A stretch of 64,000 bases of DNA from Mantamonas sphyraenae STR306. Lineage: Eukaryota; Protista; CRuMs. The translations under genes and the position numbers were made by a program. How positions within the stretch are numbered: position 1 is the first letter of the stretch; each line of letters starts with the position of its first letter. The stretch lies in contig JAPMXV010000075.1 in the NCBI GenBank assembly GCA_026936335.1, forward strand, positions 124,001 to 188,000. Reading direction: 5' to 3'. The notes beneath the pieces are model-generated. The model did no database searches. It was not told the origin of the DNA and worked only from the letters and a program-made list of their open reading frames with translations. Below are positions 31,742 to 44,100 of the stretch, piece by piece.

Positions 31742-34281
31742 ATGCACTTTTGCCAGCCACATCCACGGTCGCAACAGGTTCGTGCTCGCGCATTCGCGTT
31801 CATCCTCTTTGCCCCACCCCCCTTTCAACAGCCACTGACACTCGCTGGCGTCAATTCAGAAGAGGAAAAGCTGCGCATCGGCGATCTACGCGTCATATTG
31901 TCCGTGCGCGTGACACGACGACGTACGTGCGCAACTACGACGGCACACGAAACGCACCCTTGCTGACACGTTTGCCCTGCCCCAGGCCTACTGCAGGATG
32001 CCTTTGTCTATCTTGCCTTCATGATCCTCTACATCATCCAGCTATCGCTCATTCGCAACGTCACCGCCACCCACCGGCTGGAGACCACGCTTGTAGCTGC
32101 AGGTGAGCAGGCGCCGTTTTTTTCTAGCGACGTCGATCCAGACGCTCACCCAACCCCTCCGCAGTGGTCGACGACGAGTTTCCGGACGTCTCTTTTGCAA
32201 AGTCGTACATGGACATCACCAAGATCTCCGAGTTTTGGGAGTGGACGCGAGGCGTGCTGGTGGGTGCGCTGACGGTGGACACGGGACCGGACGGGCAACC
32301 ATTGCCAGCCGCCAAGCAGCGGACCATCGCCGGGGTCAATCGTGTTGTGGGCGCCGTGCGCTTCCGGCAACTGCGTGTCAACACGACCAGATGCCCAAAC
32401 GAGTTCATGGACAAGGTCATGCCGACATGTGTGCCAGAATACGATCCTGGCGCGCACCAAGTTGCCAACGGGACACTGTTCAATGGCTATCGCTTTGTGG
32501 AGACGGTGCGTGGCAGTGACTCGCACATACCGACCGAGTTTTCGCGCATCTCCAGTCGGTACTATCCCGGCGACGGGTTTGTGTCGGATGTGCTCCTTCA
32601 AAAGGGCAGCGTCGCCACGGCCTGCGACAACGGCACACAGTCTGCGCAAGCGTTTGTCACCTGCCAAGTGGATGCAATGATACGCAACAATTTCTACGAC
32701 GAGCAGACGTCTGTGATGTTTGTGTCGTTCACCACGTACAACGGCCTGGACGATCTCTTCATGCTCTCCCAGCTGATGGTCGAGACAGACACGTCTGGGG
32801 GCCTGCACCCGTCGTGGAACATGCGTCCGTTCCGCACACGCGTGTACGTGCGCCCAAGCGACTGGGTGCGCCTCGTGGTGGAGCTGTTTGTGCTCGGGTT
32901 CATCGGGTACTTCATCTGGGCAGAGATTGACGAGGCACGGAAGCAGTGGAAGGAAGGCACTCTGAGTTTGTACTTCACCGTGTGGAATGTGCTGGACGTG
33001 ATCAACCTGCTCTTTTTCGTGGTGATCATTTTGTGGCAGATCTCGTACGTGGCCCGCCCCGTGCCGACGCAGGTCAACGACGCGGCCTACCAGCCCTACC
33101 CGGCATTGGATGGCTGGGCACGCGATTTCATTTCGATTGTCAACTTTACGTCATTCAATGTGTTTTTGTCGTTCATCAAGATCTTCAAGTTTTTGCAGGT
33201 CAGCGACCGCATGTCGCTGATCTGGCGCACGCTGAGCGTGGCGTCGGCAGACCTGCTGGCATTCATGACGTTCTTTGTCATTGTCTTTCTCGGCTTTGCC
33301 ATCATGGGCTACGTGCAGTTTGGCGGATCGATGGCGGAGTTTGACACGTTTGACAACGCCATCCTCACGTGCTTCAACATGGCCCTCGGTGAATTCAACT
33401 TGGAAGACATGACGCGTGCCAACCGCGTGCTGGGGCCTCTGTTCTACGTTCTGTTTGTCGTGCTCGTGTTTTTCATCCTCGTCAACATGTTCCTGGCCAT
33501 CATCAACGACGCGTATCAGGAGGCCCACAAGAACATGCAGCGCTTCGAACTGAGTGACCAGATGTCTCGTGCATGGCGCAAGCTTCGCCGTCGCTTTGCG
33601 CTGCAGCGCAAAGAGCTGCAGGAGGGCGACCAGCAGGAGGACGACAAGCTTCTGGATCGCTTCATCAAGGCCAAGAGCAAGGACGAGCGGGCAAACGAGG
33701 AGTACGAGTGGCTTGCAAGAGATGAGTTGGAGGATAGGCTGAGGGACGAGTATGGCGTGGACCAAAAGGGCACGCAGAGGCTGGTGAACTTGTTTGAAGA
33801 GCTGAGCGGTCGTGCAGGGTACCGAGAGAAGCTTACCAAGGCGCGCAAGCAGGCAGAGAGGCGTTCACAGAAACTCAAGATCAGAGTGACCGGCAGGGAG
33901 CCGTTTGACGAGGAATTGGAGGAACTGGAAGAGCTCGAGGACGAGCGCGGGGACTTGATGGCTTGGATGGAAACGGTCCAAGAATCGCAGGAGGAGCTGC
34001 GCAAAGAGACCGCTCAGGTGCGGGAACTTGTCCAGCAGTTGCTCGCTCAGACGCACGAGAAGGTTCAAGGCGGCGCAGAGGTGGGCCCGCGAGTGCAACC
34101 GGAGCCGAATGTGGACATCGTCAAGCCAAAGGTGCAAGCGAGCGCGGTGCACGCACGTGATAATGAGAGCCGTGGCGTGCAGAGTGAGCCGAGGTTGGTT
34201 GTTGCACGTGGGGTGGAGATGAGGGCGCTGGCGCCCGTTGAGAACGACGAGTGGACAAGTGACGAGGAGAGCGATGAATAG
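31742..34281 (+). CDS. PKD2: Polycystin-2/TRPP cation channel; join(31742..31777,31832..31922,31986..32102,32165..34281), ~786 aa (start may be 31616)
   Basis: TOP-domain motif NRVVGAVRFRQLRVN..C; six TMs; VWNVLDVIN; pore and S6 LGEFN..NRVLGPLFYVLFVVLVFFILVNMFLAIINDAYQE; coiled-coil tail. Three short GT-AG introns keep frame. Confidence 0.9.
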
Positions 34282-35103
34282 AGCTCTCACTGGGTACGTG
34301 TAGTTGTTCAATTGACATGAGGTTGCTATAGCATCGAGTGAGTCTGCACGGGTCAACAAGGCCGCGCAAGAGGCTGAAAAAGGCGTGGGCAACATTTTTG
34401 AAAAGGGGCCGCACTCTGAGAGCCCACCATCCACAGGGTGGCCAGACCGCGCGCACAGCCCAGAAAGGCCAGGTATCTACGTGCTGGACACGTAGGCGAG
34501 CCAGTAGGCGAGGTGTGTGGTTGTGGTTGTCGGTCGCCGCCGCCGACGCGTCCAAAATCGGTACAGTGTGCTTCACGAGGGCAGTCAGTCAGCTCGTGAC
34601 TGCCCACCAGCCCTCGATGATGCATGTTGGCTTGAGGTTCTCGTGATCCCGACTGCGCATTGGACGGGAGGGGATGGTCGGGATCTCCTTTGCCACATTC
34701 GACACAACCTGGTCCATTCCTCTCCCCTCTTTCCCCACTCGCTCACATGGCTTCGTTCAGTTCGACCATCCCTGTTTCATCCTTCTCCCACTCCTCCTTC
34801 CCCGATTGGGCGCGGTTCGCGGGGTGTGCCAACGAAATTTCTCGTGTCATCATGGGTGCTTTCAAGGCGACTCGACACGACGCACGAGTCCATGTAGGTT
34901 GGCATTTGGTGGGTGGAGTGGACTGTTGGGGTGGGGGGGTGGGTCGGGCTCGGATTCAAGGCGACAATTCGGCACGTGTCAACCATTTGCCGAATGTTCC
35001 GCAGATTCACTCGTCACCGCGACGCTTGACATCAGCGCGAGTATCTCGAGTGTGCGTGCCCAGAGTCGCTTCCATGTGGACTCGATGAGATGAACAGAGA
35101 TGC

Positions 35104-38100
35104 TTGGGACCATGCGATTTGAGGGCGACGTCCTTGGGAGAGGGCTTGTGCGAGAGGGAAAAATACGTGCACGAGCATGCAGCCCAGCTCACACACACAC
35201 CACACGTCGACTGTACATCAACACAGGACGCGGAGCTCGAGTGCATTCATACTTGGAAGTCACGGGGATGTATTCGCAAAGATGAAAAGTATCGCCGCAT
35301 CGAAAAGGAAGCGACGACGTCTGAAAGCTTCCGGAACCCGAGACGCACAAGGGTGTCAGAGTTTGGCGATCGTGAGTCACAGACTCAATATGCGGGGACA
35401 AGCGAGTGCGTGGAGAGACGCGCAGGTGCGAGACAACGTGTCACATCAACAAATCGATGGGATAGGCTTGGACGGGCGAGTTGGACAGGGCGGCTGGCGA
35501 TTGTGGCGCTTTTCGTGGTGCAGGTCGTCTGCTGGAGAGTGGATGCAGGCGCAGTGTGTCCCGCGAACACATACAACGTGACCATGGGCAACTCTTCGGT
35601 GTGCACGGCATGTCCGTCAGGCAAGTACAGCAGTGCCGGGTCGCCCGCGTGCTACGCGCCGTGGGTGACCCAGTTTGGTGGCACCGGTGAGGACGCCATG
35701 TACGGTGCTCTATTTGTGAAGGATGGTGTGGTGGCGTGGGGAAGGACCACAGGATCCATCAACGGGGTGGCGTGTCCAGAGCCTGGGGTTCATACCGGGT
35801 ACGTGACCAAGTTGGATTTCAGTGGTACCGTCCAGTGGACCACCATGATTAACCGTGGAACAGGGCCAGATGGCGTGCACGATGTGGACGTAGATGATGC
35901 TGGGAATCTGTATTTGGCTGCGTTTACATTTGGTGGAGCGTACCCGGGGTTTGCATACAAGGGCCACTACGACCTGGTGATGATGAAACTCTCCCCTCAG
36001 GGAACCCAGTTGTGGGTCGACCAGTTTGGTTCAACTGGCCATGACAATCCCTCTTCATCGTTGGTAACCGCGGATGGACGCGTGCATCTTTTTGGCTGGG
36101 TGTCAGGAGACGTGGACGGGCTCGCCAGTGCGGGCCAAGATTCTATCGTTCGCACCTACAATCAGACGGGCTCTGTGCTTTCCACCTATATGTGGGGTAC
36201 ATCTGCAACCGACTCTTTGGCAAACATTTTCAATGCTCGCGAGTCGTCGAACGGAAGTGTTTGCGCGGTCGGGGGCACTTCTGGTTCGTTTGACGGGTAC
36301 ACGCTGTCGGGTGCATCGGACGCCTTCTTTACGGTGTTTCAGGCCGATGGAAGCAACTACACAGTGCAGTTTGGATCGACGTCAACTGACACGGCCAGTG
36401 GGTGTACGTGGTCATCCGATGGGGAGAAGTTGTTCGTCTCCGGCACAACCGGGGGTTCAATTGGATCACAGGTGCACGTTTCTGGGAACGACATGTTTGT
36501 CGCAATGTTCTCGGGACAAAACATGGTGTGGGTCGCCCAGGCAGGTTCTCAAGGGGATGAATTTGGAAACGGCCTCGTGTTTTGGGACGACACCCTGCTG
36601 GCATGTGGACGAACGACTGGTTCCATGGAAGTGGGGCACGCGCTGGGAGGTCTAGACGTGTTTTGTACGTACATCCGCGCGTCAGATGGCTCCGTGTTGG
36701 AGACCATGCAATCTGGAAGCAGCGGTGACAACTACGCAGAAGCCATGGATATTGATGCAGGTGGCAACGTGCTTCTTTCATCATCCAGTGTGGGATCTGT
36801 GGATGGAAACTCAGCGTTGGGTAATTTTGATGCTGTGGTGTGGTGGAGGCCGTTCAAGTGTCCAGCGGGAAGATACGGGTTGTTCTGCACACTGTGTCCA
36901 ATGGGCACGTACAGCAGTGAAGAAGGCGCTATGCGGTGCACACAGGCGACGTGTACTACGGGTCAATTTCAGGGTGTTGCCACAGGCCGGACCTCTTTGG
37001 CAGATGTGTGCTTCCCTATGGTCAAAGGAGTCTGGACGTACACGACCGCACGCTCAGGGGAGGCTGAAAATGCCTACGCCGTCCACATTGACGCTGCAAG
37101 CAACACGCTCCTCACTGGGTACACAAACGGTGTAATCAAAGCAGGAAACTCCTCAGGGAACGCCCAGGGCATCCATGACGCTTGGGTACGCAAAGCCAAA
37201 CCAGACGGTACAGCGCTGTGGTCCCACCAATGGGGCACAACAGGACATGATGCAGGCCACGCTGTTTGCTCGGATGACGCCCTGGACGTGTACGTGGGAG
37301 GATACGTCTCCAACAACGTTGGTCACATCACAAAGCTTTCTGGCTCAACGGGAAGCCAGCTGTGGCAGGTTTCAGATCTTGAAGCGTCGTCGTTTGTCAC
37401 CGCGGTGGCAGAACACAAGGGTGTTCTCTTTGCTGGAGGTGATGCACACGCAAACCAGCACGGCTTCACCAACCCGATCCCTGGTCGCAGGTATGGCTGG
37501 GTAGGTGCGTTGAGCGCATCCAACGGCACATGGTTGTGGTTCAAGCCAATTCGCTCAGAGTTCGACGACGCTGTGACAGCGATCGCGGTAGACACTGTAG
37601 ACGGCACTGTCTTTGTTGGAGGCGTCACCGGTGGCATTATCGGGGTCACCAGCGGGACGACGGGGAAAGCAGCTGCTTTTGTCGGTCGCTACACTTCAAC
37701 GGGCACACTCGTGTATCTGGTGCAGACCGAAGCGACGATGACTGGGCGGGGTCTGGCGTACGATCGCGCCAGGGGGGCACTGTACCAGTCGGGGTACACC
37801 AACGCAGCCATCCCCGGGGCTGGCGGTCACTTTGGCGCAGATGACGTGTTTGTCACGCGCTATAGTGCGTCCACGGGAGTACGTGAGTGGACCATACAGT
37901 ACGGAGGCACCGGGAACGATCGGTCGTGGGGGTTGGCTGTGGATGTCGACGGCGCCCTGTACGTCGCAGGCGAAACATCTTCCAACTTTGACGGATACAC
38001 GAACCCGGTCCCAGGGGACGGACAGATGCTACTGAGCAAGGTTGCTCCGGACGGTGTGCGTTTGTGGACGAAGATTTGGGGCACCATTGCGTATGATGGA

Positions 38101-41100
38101 AACTATGCAGTACATGTGCGGAATGGGTATCTGTACACCGCCGGGTGGTTCAATGGGCCGGCAACGGATGGATGCATGACACTACTGGACCACCCTCCGT
38201 GTCCCGAGGGAACATATGAGCGGCTGGACGCGACACTCGACCAGCCATATAGGGCTGCTTGCCAACCATGCGACAACGATTTGTGCGTCTCGGGTTCCAA
38301 GGCATTGGTCGCCAGCGATCTCTATGGGGAATCCTTTACCATCCTACCCAGTGATGTCGGTGGATACGAGGTGTTCTTCAACAGTGCGGAGCGTTTTGTG
38401 ATAGGCCGAATCACATCTCAGAACGATGAGGTATTTGCGATCACAGGGAACGTGACGGGTCTGTCTGCTGACGTATTCGGCATCCTTGGATCTCTCGACG
38501 GTGACATGATTCTCCAGATTCACCGTGACGAACCCAGCAACAAACCCATTGCGCTGGTGCGCGTGGACAACAAAGGAAATGTGGTATGGGCTCGCGAGTA
38601 CTACTCTTTCCCCTACATTGCCAATGTCAGGGTACTCAGATTTCTGACGCTGCTGCAACTGGACAACAGCAACATGCTATTGTCCGGGCAAATCAAGTCC
38701 ACCTTCAATGGGGTCATTGCAGATTTCCTGCTGTGGCTGGACGGGTATGGAGTTCCAATTGAAGCAAGATTCGGTGGCACACAGAGTTTCTTCTCCGTCC
38801 GGCTGGTTGACAACTCGCTTGGGGCGCAGGGGTTCATGGAGAACCCGCCTCGTGTTTTTGTGGGAACTTTTGACTCATCCTTGGGGTACATTTCCCGACG
38901 GCTTTCGTTCTGTGACTTTGGTGCAGGAGGCTTCTCTGACGTTGCCTCGGCAAAGCGATCCAACGGCAACTATGTGTGGGTTTTCCGGCTCGCGGCGTCA
39001 CCTGCGCTCATCCAGATTGTGGAATTGTCGTCTGAGCAGCACAGATTTGTGCTGCGTCGGCAACTGGATCCAGTTGGGATTCTGTCGTCGGAGGTTCGAA
39101 CTTTGGTGGCCACAGCCGACGGGGGTGTCATCCTATACAGCAAAGTCGGCCTGACAACCCGCATTCTTCGTTTGTCACCGACCTGGCAAACGTACAACGA
39201 CACCTACTATGAGTGCGCGTGTGACATCAGTATGTTGCAGCCACTGGAGAACGGCGACATCATCCTCAGCTTCAAAGTCAGTGGTGCTACGAGCACAAAG
39301 CTCATGCGGGTTTCGTCCGCATTCGAAACTGGTACATCCTGTGAGAATCCTTTTGTTGTCAAGTCAGCCGGTTTTGTGTTGACCTCTTTCTCCCATTGCG
39401 GAACGCATTCTGTCGTGGGGGACTTTGGGTACACAAAAGAAGGGCATGGCACAGCTTCAGATTCAATGCTTGGTGCAACCAAAGCAATGGTGATGGATCA
39501 CACGGCCCTCGACATTCGGATCACGACACTAAACATCTCCCAAACCTGCGGCGGCTGCGACAACCACTGCTCCAACCGCGGTCCATGCATCAACAGCACC
39601 TGCCAGTGCAACCCGGGCTTCACCGACCGCCCCACCTGCACCGAAGGCGTCCTCTCTGGCGTGACATCGACCCTCAACCTTGTCTCCACCACCCCGCGCA
39701 ACGCCCTCCCTGCCATTGTGTCCGTCCAGATGACCTCGCGCGACGCATTTGGGGTCCTGAAAACCGTCGGTGGCTACACCTCGCGCTTCCTCAACGCCAC
39801 GGCCTTCCACGCAGCCACGCAGACCACGCTGCTATCATCATCCAACGCAACGGATCTGGGCACAGGTGCATACACATTCCCGTTCCTGTTGGATCCTCCT
39901 GGCGAGTGGACGATCACCGTCAACGTGGCGTCGGCATCCAACCCGCTCGCCGTTGACGGCTCCCCAACCACCAACCTCACCCTCTCGGCGTACGACTGCA
40001 CGGCAGAGCTGTCTCCCAACGCCACAAGCATCTCATCGACGTCTCCTGCCCGCGTGGTGCTGAACCGAGCCACCAACATGACGATACCCACCACTGCGTT
40101 CTGCCGTCTCTCGCTCATCCGATGGGTCCCTGTGAATGTCTCGTGTACCAACTCGTCCTACGCCTTGTTCGGTCTCCCCGTCAACGCACCACAGCCGACA
40201 GCGACGTTTCCACACCTGGGCACCTTTCAGTTGTGTTTCTCGACCGACTCTGGCACCACTTGGCACCGACAGACATCCACATCGACGCATGTCACTGTCA
40301 TTGAGCACCCTTACATCGCAGACATCCAACCCACACGACTGCAGCCTCGTGGAGTCCCATTGACCGTGACGATGACGGGGTCTGGCTTTGACACGGTCGA
40401 TCCAGCGCATGACCGAGTGTGCTTCTCGCCCAGCCACTGCGTGGCACCAACCATCCAGTCTTCTACGGGTCTCACGTGCACGCTGCCTGCCATACCGACA
40501 CCTGGAAACCTCACCGTGGCCCTGTCTCTACACAGCGCAGACAACACACCCATCCCTCGCCCCGTCTACACTCCTGTGGACTGGATGAGCATCTACGAGA
40601 CACCCACCATCACCTCGATCACCCCGCGTACCATCCCTGCACACGAGGGTGGCCGTGTGCGCATCGACGGCCTGCACTTCACCACACCCTCCATGGTGTT
40701 CAAACTGCACATGCTGCGTTCTCCCGGCGGTCCTGTCCTCGCCACAAACTGCACGACACCGTCACCGACCACCGTCACCTGCGACCTTCCACCCGTCGAC
40801 GCCCCTGCGCTCTCCTACGCCCAGATATCCCTCAACGACGGTGTGACATTCTCCGGTGGAGAGACCCAGCAGTTCCTGTTCATCTTTGATCGCGAAGCCA
40901 AGTGCGACAACACGGTGGAGCTGGAGATTTCGCGCCAGCTGCGCCAGGAGCTCTCTGTGGCGCACTACATGCCCAACGTGCTGCGTGGTGTGCAGCCCAT
41001 GTCCAATTCTACCTGGGAGGCGTACAACGTGACAACCATCACCGACGACGACTTTTGCTGCCGCTTCCGTCCGGAAGACTCCGAAACACGATGCGGCGCA

Positions 41101-44100
41101 TTCTCTGCCGCACGCACGCAAGACATGCAAGTGTCGTACGGCACCCATGCGCCTGTGGTGACGTCGGAAACCATCACGGCATGGAACCGCCCGTGCGACT
41201 TTCTGCCGCGCGCATACAAGGTGCAGCACCGCATGAACGCGAGTGTGCCGTGGCAGAGCATGCAAGGAAGTCGGCTGTGCTCGTCCGTGTCTGGCGAACG
41301 TGGCAGTGTGTCGATCTGCGTGGACATGTTTGCCCAGGTGCTTGCGTCCCAGTTCCGCATTGTGGTGGTCAACAACACCATCTCTGGCTCTGCGGTGGAT
41401 CTTGCGTCGACCCAGGGGTACTGGATCCAAGAGATACAGGTGCGTGGCGTGCTTGTCACCCAGCCTTACTCTCTGGTGGGTCGGTTTGTGACCTCTGGCA
41501 GCAACAGCACCAGCGTGCAGAGCGGCGCTGGGACGACGTGGACCGATGCCTTGCACGTGCAGCTGACCAATGTGCTCGGAGAGGACCTGGCCGTGGCAGG
41601 CGTGCGCGTGGTGTTGAACATCCCAGCATGGAACACCAGCGGAGTGGCCACAACGGTGGCCAATGGGAGTGCGGTGGTGCCTCGCATCAGCACGCCCAAG
41701 CCACAGCTGGTGGGCGAGGTGGCAGCACGCTTGTCGATCCACCCGCAGGATGCAATCCAGGCACCGGACCTGGATACGAGCCACGCCGTGCTGATGCGCA
41801 TTGTGCCTGGCGTGGCGCATCGGGTGGTGGCCACAGCAAAGAACACCAACGGAAGCGACGTGGCGTCGTTGATGTTCAACACGCAGCGTAGCGTGGTGCT
41901 GACAGGCACGTACACCATCGGCGTGAGTCTGAGGGACTTTGCAGGCAACACTGTGGGTGGGTATGACACACCCACACAGCGTGCATGCAACGCCACGTAC
42001 TACGGCACGGTGGTGTCGACAGCGACCATGTCATCTGGCACAGCCACTCTGAGTGCACTGTCCATGGAGGCACCCAATCCAGGAGACACAACACCGCTGC
42101 AGGTGGCGTGTGCAGGCGTGGCCCACGTCGACACTGTGCCGGTGGTCGTGTTGACGGGTCTTCCCACCAACCTGACCCTGACCAACGGCACCGACCTCGT
42201 GCAGCAGACGACCACAGAGGCGACCATGCAGCTGTCTCGTCTGGTGATCACGGTCGTGGATGACCTGGGCAATGCATCGCCAGCAGGCACAGCGCGCAAC
42301 GTGTCGATTGCGTTGATCCGGGGTGGCGTGACGATGCAGGTGTGGTGGCGTAGCATCGCAGGCACAAGCACACACGTGGACACAGGCACGCTCTCTCTGG
42401 GATCCCCATTGGCCTCGGGGTCGTATGCGCTGGAGATCGCAACCGATGGACTGCATGGCACGGCGGCGGTAGTGCAGGTGGACGTGGGAAGCGCCGTGGC
42501 CTTCCGCGTGGTGTCTGCTTCACAGACGCATCCGACACGTGCCACTGTGGCCCTGGACACAATCACACTGCAGCCGGTGGATGTGTTGGGACAAGACACG
42601 GTGCGTCCTCCTGCACAGTGGCAGGGATCGCTGACCGTGTCCAACAACAGAAACGGCGTCATCCTGCGCACAGGCGTCCCCTTCACCTCCCCACTGCATC
42701 TGGCAAATCTGTCGCTCAGCGCACCGGCACATGGAGTGCACACAGTCAACGTGAGCAGCACCGTGTATAATTCCGCCCTGAACGACACGCTTGTGACCCT
42801 GTCGATCACGGCTGGAAGCGTGACGCATGCGCAGTTGAACTGCACCGGTGCAGCTCTACCTTCGAGCCCAAGTGTGCAACTGAGCACCTGTGTGGTGTCC
42901 CTGCGTGATGCGGCTGGCCAAGTGCCTGCGTTGAACGGATCCAGCGCTGTGCAGGTGTCTCTCAGCGCCAACTCGTCCATGGACCCCAGCACGGTGCTGG
43001 CCACACTTGACAGTGCAGAGGTGGACTTGACCAGCGTCCGTTTGCTGTCTCCTTTGGCAGGCACAGTGTCCCTGTCAGCAACGGTGCGTGTGGATGGGCA
43101 GAGTGTGCCTGTGCTGCCTGCGTCTGTGGCCCAACGCGTGGACGCCGGACCCGCAGCCAATGTGACCATTGTGGCAGTGAACGGCAGTACGACCCTGGCC
43201 ACTCAGCCTGGAATGCGTGTGCCCAGCGTGACGTTGGATGTGCGAGACGTGGTTGGCAATCGGTTGGAGGTCGGCCAGGGCTCACGTGAGGCCATGGTCC
43301 GTCTGCTGCGTAGCCATGGAGCTGTGGTGCAGACGTGGAACGTGACCATCGATGGAGTGACCTCGACGGGGCCGCTTCCGCTCGACGAGGCTCTCCCAAG
43401 CGACTCATACACGCTTGCGGTGTCATCCCAGGGACTCTACGGCGCAAACGTGGCCATTGACGTGGTACCCGGGCCTGCGGTGGAGCTCCATGCTTTGTCC
43501 GAGTCGCTTGGTCAGCTGCGCACTGCCACGCAGGTGGCCTTGCCTCCCAGTGCATGGGTCAAACGCGACTCGCTGGGCCAGGTCACATCGATGGGAACCA
43601 TCCAAACACAGGTTTCCATTGTGTACGATGGGACGAATGCAGCAGCCGTGGCCCTCGCCGGATGGACGGCGGACAAGAACGACACGGTTCTGGTTGTGTC
43701 TGGTGTGCAGCTTGCCTCACCCGTGCGTGGCAAGCACACCCTTGTGCTCACCGACGCATTGTCGCACTTTGTGGCCAACGTCACCTTGGTCATCAACCCG
43801 GGCAATCCGGTGTCGTCGATGCTCACGTGCACCGAGGGATTCACCACGGTTGCCAGTGCTCTGCATGTGCCCATCGCATGCAACGTGAGTCTGTTGGACG
43901 CCTCCGAGTCTCTGGCGTACATTGAGGCAGGCAGGTGGGTGCGCATTGGCCTCACCATCCAGCCCACGTCGAGGGTGGCGCCTGCCTCACGCAACATCAG
44001 CCTCGTCGGAGGGCAGCACACGCTCGATTTGCACAGTCTGTTTGCACTGGAGGCGCCCATGGCCCGCACGAATCCCTATGTGATGTACGTGACGATCGCG

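Noticed and set aside
34380-34445. Sm-site-like ATTTTTG followed by possible hairpins (snRNA?)
   Set aside because: No recognisable U1, U2, U4 or U5 conserved sequence nearby.
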